From NCBI GenBank assembly GCA_964016885.1, contig OZ024756.1, forward strand, positions 1,736,001 through 1,800,000: 64,000 bases of DNA, read 5' to 3'. The notes below the pieces were generated by a model, which was not told the origin of the DNA, made no database searches, and was given only the letters and a program-made list of their open reading frames with translations. Positions 1 through 10,590 of the stretch are shown piece after piece. Origin of the DNA: Eledone cirrhosa (Eukaryota). Position 1 is the stretch's first letter, and the number at the start of each line of letters is the position of its first letter. The translations under genes and the position numbers were made by a program.

Positions 1-3000
1 GAATTGTGCAGTGTCAGGGATCTGGCCCTCTGTCTTGCTGTCTTCAGTTCATCTATGAAGTGTGCAGTGTCAGTGATCTGGTCCTCTGTCTTGCTGTCTT
101 CAGTACATCTATGAAGTGTGCAGGGTCAGTGATCTGGTCCTCTGTCTTGCTGTCTTCAGTTCATCTATGAAGTGTGCAGTGTCAGTGATCTGGTCCTCTC
201 TCTTGCTGTCTTCACTTCATCTATGAAGTGTGCAGTGTCAGTGATCTGGTCCTCTGTCTTGCTGTCTTCAGTACATCTATGAAGTGTGCATTGTCAGTGA
301 TCTGGTCCTCTGTCTTGCTGTCTTCAGTACATCTATGAAGTGTGCAGTGTCAGTGATCTGGTCCTCTGTCTTGCTGTCTTCAGTTCATCTATGAAGTATG
401 CAGTGTCAGTGATCTCGTCCTCTGTCTTGCTGTCTTCAGTACATCTATGAAGTGTGCAGTGTCAGTGATCTGGTCCTCTGTCTTGCTGTCTTCAGTACAT
501 CTGTGAACTTTGTAGTGTCAGTGATCAGATCCTCTGTCTTGCTGTCTTCAGTACATCAATGTAGTGTGCAGTGTCAGTGATCTGCTCCTCTGTCTTGCTG
601 TCTTCAGTACATCTATGAAGTGTGCAGTGTCAGTGATATGGTCCTCTGTCTTGCTGTCTTCAGTTCATCTATGAAGTGTGCAGTGTCAGTGATCTGGTCC
701 TCTGTCTTGCTGTCTTCAGTACATCTGTGAAGTTTGTAGTGTCAGTGATCATGTCCTCTGTCTTGCTGTCTTCAGTACATCTATGTAGTGTGCAGTGTCA
801 GTGATCTGGTCCTCTGTCTTGCTGTCTTCAGTACATCTGTGAAGTGTGTAGTGTCAGTGATCAGGTCCTCTGTCTTGCTGTCTTAAGTACATCTATGTAG
901 TGTGCAGTGTCAGTGATCAGGTCCTCTGTCTTGCTGTCTTCAGTACATCTATGTAGTGTGCAGTGTCAGTGATCTGGTCCTCTGTCTTGCTGTCTTCAGT
1001 ACGTCTGTGAAGTGTGTAGTGTCGGTGATCAGGTCCTCTGTCTTGCTGTCTTCAGTACATATATGAAGTGTGCAGTGTCATGATCTGGTCCTCTGTCTTG
1101 CTGTCTTCAGTACATCTATGAAGCGTGCAGTGTCAGTGATCTGGTCCTCTGTCTTGCTGTCTTCAGTTCATCTATGAAGTGTGCAGTGTCAGTGATCTGG
1201 TCCTCTGTCTTGCTGTCTTCAGTTCATCTATGAAGTGTGCAGTGTCAGTGATATGGTCCTCTGTCTTGCCGTCTTCAGTACATCTATGAAGTGTGCAGTG
1301 TCAGTGAACTGGTCCTCTGTCTTGCTGTCTTAAGTTCATCTATGAAGTGTGCAGTGTCAGTGATCTCGTCCTCTGTCTTGCTGTCTTAAGTACATGTATG
1401 AAGTGTGCAGTGTCAGTGAACTGGTCCTCTGTCTTGCTGTCTTCAGTTCATCTATGAAGTGTGCAGTGTCAGTGATCTGGTCCTCCGTCTTGCTGTTTTC
1501 AGTACATCTATGAAGTGTGCAGTGTCAGTGATCTGGTCCTCTGTCTTGCTGTCTTCAGTACATCTATGAAGTGTGCAGTGTCAGGGATCTGGTCCTCTGT
1601 CTTGCTGTCTTCAGTTCATCTATGAAGTGTGCAGTGTCAATGATCTGGTCCTCTGTCTTGCTGTCTTCAGTACATCTATGAAGCGTGCAGTGTCAGTGAT
1701 CTGGTCCTCTGTCTTGCTGTCTTCTGTTCATCTATGAAGTGTGCAGTGTCAGTGATCTGGTCCTCTGTCTTGCTGTCTTCAGTTCATCTATGAAGTGTGC
1801 AGTGTCAGTGATATGGTCCTCTGTCTTGCTGTCTTCAGTACATCTATGAAGTGTGCAGTGTCAGTGATATGGTCCTCTGTCTTGCTGTCTTCAGTACATC
1901 TATGAAGTGTGCAGTGTCAGTGATCTGGTCCTCTGTCTTGCTGTCTTCAGTTCATCTATGAAGTGTGCAGTGTCAGTGATCTCGTCCTCTGTCTTGCTGT
2001 CTTCAGTACATCTATGAAGTGTGCAGTGTCAGTGATCTGGTCCTCTGTCATGCTGTCTTTAGTTCATCTATGAAGTGTGCAGTGTCAGTGATCTGGTCCT
2101 CTGTCTTGCTGTCTTCAGTTCATCTATGAAGTATGCAGTGTCAGTGATCTGGTCCTCTGTCTTGCTGTCTTCAGTACATCTATGAAGTGTGCAGTGTCAG
2201 TGATCTGGTCTTCTGTCTTGCTGTCTTCAGTTCATCTATGAAGTGTGCAGTGTCAGTGATCTGGTCCTCTGTCTTGCTGTCTTCAGTACATCTGTGAAGT
2301 TTGTAGTGTCAGTGATCAGGTCCTCTGTCTTGCTGTCTTCAGTACATCTATGTAGTGTGCAGTGTCAGTGATCTGGTCCTCTGTCTTGCTGTCTTCAGTA
2401 CATCTGTGAAGTGTGTAGTGTCAGTGATCAGGTCCTCTGTCTTGCTGTCTTAAGAACATCTATGTAGTGTGCAGTGTCAGTGATCAGGTCCTCTGTCTTG
2501 CTGTCTTCAGTACATCTATGTAGTGTGCAGTGTCAGTGATCTGGTCCTCTGTCTTGCTGTCTTCAGTACATCTGTGAAGTGTGTAGTGTCGGTGATCAGG
2601 TCCTCTGTCTTGCTGTCTTCAGTACATCTATGAAGTGTGCAGTGTCAGTGATCTGGTCCTCTGTCTTGTTGTCTTCAGTACTTCTATGAAGTGTGCAGTG
2701 TCAGTGATCTGGTCCTCTGTCTTGCTGTCTTCGGTACATATATGAAGTGTGCAGTGTCAGTGATCTGGTCCTCTGTCTTGCTGTCTTCAGTACATCTATG
2801 AAGTGTGCAGTGTCAGTGATCTCGTCCTCTGTCGTGCTGTCTTAAGTACATGTATGAAGTGTGCAGTGTCAGTGATCTGGTCCTCTGTCTTGCTGTCTTC
2901 AGTACATCTATGAAGTGCTCAGTGTCAGTGATCTGGTCCTCTGTCTTGCTGTCTTCAGTACATCTATGAAGTGTGCAGTGTCAGTGATCTGGTCCTCTGT

Positions 3001-6000
3001 CTTGCTGTCTTCAGTTCATCTATGAAGTGTGCAGTGTCAGTGATCTGGTCCTCTGTCTTGCTGTCTTCAGTACATCTATGAAGTGTGCAGTGTCAGTGAT
3101 CTGGTCCTCTGTCTTGCTGTCTTCAGTACATCTATGAAGTGTGCAGTGTCAGTGATCTGGTCTTCTGTCTTGCTGTCTTCAGTACAACTATGAAGTGTGC
3201 AGTGTCAGTGATCTCGTCCTCTGTCTTGCTGTCTTCAGTACATCTATGAAGTGTGCAGTGTCAGTGATCTGGTCCTCTGTCTTGCTGTGTTCAGTTCATC
3301 TATGAAGTGTGCAGTGTCAGTGATCTGGTCTTCTGTCTTGCTGTCTTCAGTACATCTATGAAGTGTGCAGTGTCAGTGATCTGGTCCTCTGTCTTGCTGT
3401 CTTCAGTACATCTATGAAGTGTGCAGTGTCAGTGATCTGGTCCTCTGTCTTGCTGTCTTCAGTACATCTATGAAGTGTGCAGTGTCAGTGATCTGGTCCT
3501 CTGTCTTGCTGTCTTCAGTTCATCTATGAAGTGTGCAGTGTCAGTGATCTGGTCCTCTGTCTTGCTGTCTTCAGTTCATCTATGAAGTATGCAGTGTCAG
3601 TGATCTGGTCCTCTGTCTTGCTGTCTTCAGTACATCTGTGAACTTTGTAGTGTCAGTGAACAGATCGTCTGTCTTGCTGTCTTCAGTACATCTATGTAGT
3701 GTGCAGTGTCAGTGATCTGGTCCTCTGTCTTGCTGTCTTCAGTACATCTGTGAAGTATGTAGTGTCAGTGATCAGGTCCTCTGTCTTGCTGTCTTCAGTA
3801 CATCTATGTAGTGTGCAGTGTCAGTGATCTGGTCCTCTGTCTTGCAGTCTTCAGTACATCTGTGAAGTGTGTAGTGTCAGTGATCAGGTCCTCTGTCTTG
3901 CTGTCTTAAGTACATCTATGTAGTGTGCAGTGTCAGTGATCAGGTCCTCTGTCTTGCTGTCTTCAGTACATCTATGTAGTGTGCAGTGTCAGTGATCTGG
4001 TCCTCTGTCTTGCTGTCTTCAGTACATCTGTGAAGTGTGTAGTGTCGGTGATCAGGTCCTCTGTCTTGCTGTCTTCAGTACATCTATGAAGTGTGCAGTG
4101 TCAGTGATCTGGTCCTCTGTCTTGCTGTCTTCAGTACTTCTATGAAGTGTGCAGTGTCAGTGATCTGGTCCTCTGTCTTGCTGTCTTCAGTACATATATG
4201 AAGTGTGCAGTGTCAGTGATCTGGTCCTCTGTCTTGCTGTCTTCAGTACATCTATGAAGTGTGCAGTGTCAGTGATCTCGTCCTCTGTCTTGCTGTCTTA
4301 TGTACATGTATGAAGTGTGCAGTGTCAGTGATCTGGTCCTCTGTCTTGCTGTCTTTACTACATCTATGAGGTGCGCAGTGTCAGTGATCTGGTCCTCTGT
4401 CTTACTGTCTCCAGTACATCTATGAAGTGTGCAGTGTCAGTGATCTGGTCCTCTGTCTTGCTGTCTTCAGTTCATCTATGAAGTGTGCAGTGTCAGTGAT
4501 CTGGTCCTCTGTCTTGCTGTCTTCAGTACATCTATGAAGTGTGCAGTGTCAGTGATCTGGTCCTCTGTCTTGCTGTCTTCAGTACATCTATGAAGTGTGC
4601 AGTGTCAGTGATCTGGTCTTCTGTCTCGCTGTCTTCAGTTCATCTATGAAGGGTGCAGTGTCAGTGATCTGGTCCTCTGTCTTGCTGTCTTCAGTACATC
4701 TGTGAAGTTTGTAGTGTCAGTGATCAGGTCCTCTGTCTTGCATTCTTAAGTACATCTATGTAGTGTGCAGTGTCAGTGATCTGGTCCTCTGTCTTGCAGT
4801 CTTCAGTACACCTGTGAAGTGTGTAGTGTCAGTGATCAGGTCCTCTGTCTTGCTGTCTTAAGTACATCTATGTAGTGTGCAGTGTCAGTGATCAGGTCCT
4901 CTGTCTTGCTGTCTTCAGTACATCTATGTAGTGTGCAGTGTCAGTGATCTGGTCCTCTGTCTTGCTGTCTTCAGTACATCTGTGAAGTGTGTAGTGTCGG
5001 TGATCAGGTCCTCTGTCTTGCTGTCTTCAGTACATTTATGAAGTGTGCAGTGTCAGTGATCTCGTCCTCTGTCTTGCTGTCTTAAGTACATGTATGAAGT
5101 GTGCAGTGTCAGTGATCTGGTCCTCTGTCTTGCTGTCTTTAGTACATCTATGAAGTGCGCAGTGTCAGTGATCTCGTCCTCTGTCTTGCTGTCTTAAGTA
5201 CATGTATGAAGTGTGCAGTGTCAGTGATCTGGTCCTCTGTCTTGCTGTCTTCAGTACATCTATGAAGTGTGCAGTGTCAGTGATCTTGTCTTCTGTCTTG
5301 CTGTCTTCAGTACATCTATGAAGTGTGCAGTGTCAGTGATCTCGTCCTCTGTCTTGCTGTCTTCAGTACATCTATGAAGTGTGCAGTGTCAGTGATCTGG
5401 TTCTCTGTCTTGCTCTGTTCAGTTCATCTATGAAGTGTGCAGTGTCAGTGATCTGGTCTTCTGTCTTGCTGTCTTCAGTACATCTATGAAGTGTGCAGTG
5501 TCAGTGATCTGGCCCTCTGTCTTGCTGTCTTCAGTACATCTATGAAGTGTGCAGTGTCAGTGATCTGGTCCTCTGTCTTGCTGTCTTCAGTTCATCTATG
5601 AAGTGTGCAGTGTCAGTGATCTGGTCCTCGGTCTTGCTGTTTTCAGTACATCTATGAAGTGTGCAGTGTCAGTGATCTGGTCCTCTGTCTTGCTGTCTTC
5701 AGTACATCTATGAATTGTGCAGTGTCAGGGATCTGGCCCTCTGTCTTGCTGTCTTCAGTTCATCTATGAAGTGTGCAGTGTCAGTGATCTGGTCCTCTGT
5801 CTTGCTGTCTTCAGTACATCTATGAAGTGTGCAGTGTCAGTGATCTGGTCCTCTGTCTTGCTGTCTTCAGTTCATCTATGAAGTGTGCAGTGTCAGTGAT
5901 CTGGTCCTCTGTCTTGCTGTCTTCACTTCATCTATGAAGTGTGCAGTGTCAGTGATCTGGTCCTCTGTCTTGCTAGTCTTCAGTACATCTATGAAGTGTG

Positions 6001-6700
6001 CATTGTCAGTGATCTGGTCCTCTGTCTTGCTGTCTTCAGTACATCTATGAAGTGTGCAGTGTCAGTGATCTGGTCCTCTGTCTTGCTGTCTTCAGTTCAT
6101 CTATGAAGTATGCAGTGTCAGTGATCTCGTCCTCTGTCTTGCTGTCTTCAGTACATCTATGAAGTGTGCAGTGTCAGTGATCTGGTCCTCTGTCTTGCTG
6201 TCTTCAATACATCTGTGAACTTTGTAGTGTCAGTGATCAGATCCTCTGTCTTGCTGTCTTCAGTACATCTATGTAGGGTGCAGTGTCAGTGATCTGGTCC
6301 TCTGTCTTGCTGTCTTCAGTACATCTATGAAGTGTGCAGTGTCAGTGATATGGTCCTCTGTCTTGCTGTCTTCAGTTCATCTATGAAGTGTGCAGTGTCA
6401 GTGATCTGGTCCTCTGTCTTGCTGTCTTCAGTACATCTGTGAAGTTTGTAGTGTCAGTGATCATGTCCTCTGTCTTGCTGTCTTCAGTACATCTATGTAG
6501 TGTGCAGTGTCAGTGATCTGGTCCTCTGTCTTGCTGTCTTCAGTACGTCTGTGAAGTGTGTAGTGTCGGTGATCATGTCCTCTGTCTTGCTGCCTTCAGT
6601 ACATCTATGAAGTGTGCAGTGTCATGATCTGGTCCTCTGTCTTGCTGTCTTCAGTACTTCTATGAAGTGTGCAGTGTCAGTGATCTGGTCCTCTGTCTTG
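1..6700 (+). repeat. Satellite sub-domain A: subfamily with CTGTGAAG(T/G)TGTAG...GATCAGG and CTATGTAG variant blocks
   Basis: Blocks of near-alternating variant monomers (ctgtgaagtttgtag, ctatgtagtg, cttaagtac, gtcggtgatc) recur at ~500-1070, ~2290-2640, ~3640-4090, ~4700-5040 and ~6210-6600. Boundaries are approximate. Confidence 0.8.
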
Positions 6701-6949
6701 CTGTCTTCAGTTCATCTATGAAGTGTGCAGTGTCAGTGAACTGGTCCTCTGTGTTGCTGTCTTCAGTACATTTATGAAGTGTGCAGTGTCAGTGATCTGG
6801 TCATCTGTCTAGCTGTCTTCAGTTCATCTATGAAGTGTGCAGTGCAGTGATCTGGTCCTCCGTCTTGCTGTTTTCAGTACATCTATGAAGTGTGCAGTGT
6901 CAGTGATCTGGTCCTCTGTCTTGCTGTCTTCAGTACATCTATGAAGTGT

Positions 6950-9900
6950 GCAGTGTCAGTGATCTGGGCCTCTGTCTTGCTGTGTTCAGTTCATCTATGA
7001 AGTGTGCAGTGCCAGTGATCTGGTCCCCTGTCTTGCTGTCTTCAGTTCATCTATGAAGTGTGCAGTGTCAGTAATCAGGTCCTCTGCCTTGCTGTCTTCA
7101 GTTCATCTATGAAGTGTGCAGTGTCAGTGATCAGGTCCTCTGTCTTGCTGTCTTCGGTACATCTATGAAGTGTGCAGTGTCAGGGATCTGGTCCTCTGTC
7201 TTGCTGTCTTCAGTACATCTATGAAGTGTGCAGTGTCAGTGATCTGGTCCTCTGTCTTGCTGTCTTCAGTACATGTATGAAGTATGCAGTGTCAGTGATC
7301 TGGTCCTCTGTCTTGCTGTCTTCAGTTCATCTATGAAGTGTGCAGTGTCAGTGATCAGGTCCTCTGTCTTTCTGTCTTCAGTATATCTATGAAGGGTGCA
7401 GTGTCAGTGATCTGGTCCTCCGTCTTGCTGTCTTCAGTACATCTATGAAGTGTGCAGTGTCAGTGATCTGGTCCTCAGTCTTGCTGTCTTCAGTACATCT
7501 ATGAAGTGTGCAGTGTCAGTGATCTGGTCCTCTGTCTTGCTGTCTTCCGTTCATCTATGAAGTGTGCAGTGTCAGTGATCTGGTCCTCTGTCTTGCTGTC
7601 TTCCGTTCATCTATGAAGTGTGCAGTGTCAGGGATCTGGTCCTCTGTCTTGCTGTCTTCAGTACATCAATGAAGTGTGCAGTGTCAGGGATCTGGTCCTC
7701 TGCCTTGCTGTCTTCAGTACATCTATGAAGTGTGCAGAGTCAGGGATCTGGTCCTCTGTGTTGCTGTCTTCAGTACATTTATGAAGTGTGTATTGTCAGT
7801 GATCTGGTCCTCTGTCTTGCTGTCTTCAGTTCATCTATGAAGTGTGCAGTGTCAGTGATCTGGTCCTCTGTATTGCTGTCTTCAGTTCATTTATGAAGTG
7901 TGCAGTGTCAGTGATCTGGTCCTCTCTCTTGCTGTCTTCAGTTCATCTATGAAGTGTGCTGTGTCAGTGATCTGGTCCTCTGTCTTGCTGTCTTCAGTAC
8001 ATCTATGAAGTGTGCAGTGTCAGTGATCTGGTCCTCTGTCTTGCTGTCTTCAGTTCATCTATGAAGTGTGCAGTGTCAGTGATCTGGTCCTCTGTCTTGC
8101 CGTCTTCAGTACATCTATGAAGTGTGCAGTGTCAGTGATCTGCTCCTCTGTCTTGCTGTCTTCAGTTCATCTATGAAGTGTGCAGTGTCAGTGATCTGGT
8201 CCTTTGTCTTGCTGTCTTCAGTACATCTATGAAGTGTGCAGTGTCAGTGATCTGGTCCTCTGTCTTGCTGTCTTCAGTTCATCTATGAAGTGTGCAGTGT
8301 CAGTGATCTGGTCCTCCGTCTTGCTGTCTTCAGTACATCTATGAAGTGTGCAGTGTCAGTGATCTGGTCCTCTGTCTTGCTGTCTTCAGTTCATCTATGA
8401 AGTGTGCAGTGTCAGTGATCTGGTCCTCTGTCTTGCTGTCTTCAGTACATCTATGAAGTGTGCAGTGTCAGTGATCTGGTCCTCTGTCTTGCTGTCTTCA
8501 GTTCATCTGTGAAGTGTGCAGTGTCAGTGATCTGGTCCTCTGTCTTGCTGTTTTCAGTACATCTATGAAGTGTGCAGTGTCAGTGATCTGGTCTTCTGTC
8601 TTGCTATCTTCAGTTCATCTATGAAGTGTGCAGTGTCAGTGATCTGGTCCTCCGTCTTGCTGTTTTCAGTACATCTATGAAGTGTGCAGTGTCAGTGATC
8701 TGGTCATCTGTCTTGCTGTCTTCAGTACATCTATGAAGTGTGCAGTGTCAGTGATATGGTCCTCTGTGTTGCTGTCTTCAGTACATTTATGAAGTGTGCA
8801 GTGTCAGTGATCTGGTCCTCTGTGTTGCTGTCTTCAGTACATTTATGAAGTGTGCAGTGTCAGTGATCTGGTCATCTGTCTTGCTGTCTTCAGTTCATCT
8901 ATGAAGTGTGCAGTTTCAGTGATCAGGTCCTCTGTCTTGCTGTCTTCAGTTCATCTATGAAGTGTGCAGTGTCAGTGATCTGGTCCTCTGTCTTGCTGTC
9001 TTCAGTACATCTATGAAGTGTGCAGTGTCAGTGATCTGGTCCTCTGTCTGGCTGTCTTCAGTTCATCTATGAAGTGTGCAGTGTCAGGGATCTGGTCCTC
9101 TGTCTTGCTGTCTTCAGTTCATCTATGAAGTGTGCAGTGTCAGTGATCTGGTCCTCTGTCTTGCTGTCTTCAGTACATCTATGAAGTGTGCAGTGTCAGT
9201 GATCTCGTCCTCTGTCTTGCTGTCTTCAGTACATCTATGAAGTGTGCAGTGTCAGTGATCTGGTCCTCTGTCTTGCTGTCTTCAGTACATCTATGAAGTA
9301 TGCAGTGTCAGGGATCTGGTCCGCTGTCTTGCTGTCTTCAGTTCATCTATGAAGTGTGCAGTGTCAGTGATCTCGTCCTCTGTCTTGCTGTCTTCAGTAC
9401 ATCTATGAATTGTGCAGTGTCAGTGATCTGGTCCTCTGTCTTGCTGTCTGCAGTTCATCTATGAAGTGTGCAGTGTCAGTGATCTGGTCCTCTGACTTGC
9501 TGTCTTCAGTACATCTATGAAGTGTGCAGTGTCAGTGATCTGGTCCTCTGTCCTGCTGTCTGCAGTTCATTTATGAAGTGTACAGTGTCAGTGATCTGGT
9601 CCTCTGACTTGCTGTCTTCAGTTCATCCATGAAGTGTGCAGTGTCAGTGATCTGGTGCTCTGTCTTGCTGTCTTCAGTTCATCTGTGAAGTGTGCAGTGT
9701 CAGTGATCTGGTCCTCTGTCTTGCTGTCTTCAGTACATCTATGAAGTGTGCAGTGTCAGTGATCTGGTCCTCTGTCTTGCTGTGTTCAGTTCATCTATGA
9801 AGTGTGCAGTGTCAGTGATCTGGTCCCCTGTCTTGCTGTCTTCAGTTCATCTATGAAGTGTGCAGTGTCAGTAATCAGGTCCTCTGTCTTGCTGTCTTCA

Positions 9901-10590
9901 GTTCATCTATGAAGTGTGCAGTGTCAGTGATCAGGTCCTCTGTCTTGCTGTCTTCAGTACATCTATGAAGTGTGCAGTGTCAGGGATCTGGTGCTCTGTC
10001 TTGTTGTCTTCAGTACATCAATGAAGTGTGCAGTGTCAGGGATCTGGTCCTCTGCCTTGCTGTCTTCAGTACATCTATGAAGTGTGCAGTGTCAGGGATC
10101 TGGTCCTCTGTGTTGCTGTCTTCAGTACATTTATGAAGTGTGTATTGTCAGTGATCTGGTCCTCTGTCTTGCTGTCTTCAGTTCATTTATGAAGTGTGCA
10201 GTGTCAGTGATCTGGTCCTCTCTCTTGCTGTCTTCAGTTCATCTATGAAGTGTGCAGTGTCAGTGATCTGGTCCTCTGTCTTGCTGTCTTCAGTACATCT
10301 ATGAAGTGTGCAGTGTCAGTGATCTGGTCCTCTGTCTTGCTGTCTTCAGTTCATCTATGAAGTGTGCAGTGTCAGTGATCTGGTCCTCTGTCTTGCTGTC
10401 TACAGTACATCTATGAAGTGTGCAGTGTCAGTGATCTGCTCCTCTGTCTTGCTGTCTTCAGTTCATCTATGAAGTGTGCAGTGTCAGTGATCTGGTCCTT
10501 TGTCTTGCTGTCTTCAGTTCATCTATGAAGTGTGCAGTGTCAGTGATCTGGTCCTCTGTCTTGCTGTCTTCAGTTCATCTATGAAGTGTG
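6950..10590 (+). repeat. Satellite sub-domain B: ~50-monomer (2800-bp) composite unit plus a partial second copy
   Basis: The rare marker gtaatcaggt is at 7071 and 9871 (2800 bp = 50 monomers). The markers tcccctg, catcaatg, tctgccttg and tgtattgtc repeat in the same order in both copies, and the second copy has internal deletions. Confidence 0.7.

Noticed and set aside
48-59. TTC-N6-GAA as a heat-shock or STAT element
   Set aside because: The spacing does not fit HSE (TTCnnGAA) or STAT (TTC-N3/4-GAA) consensus sites.
97-103. CTGAAGA on the minus strand matches the hammerhead ribozyme core CUGANGA (as in newt satellite 2 and Schistosoma Sm-alpha)
   Set aside because: The required downstream GAAA and a stem II are absent from the consensus minus strand (CTGAAGA is followed by CAGCAAGACAGAGGACC). 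An Infernal search with hammerhead models would be the formal test.
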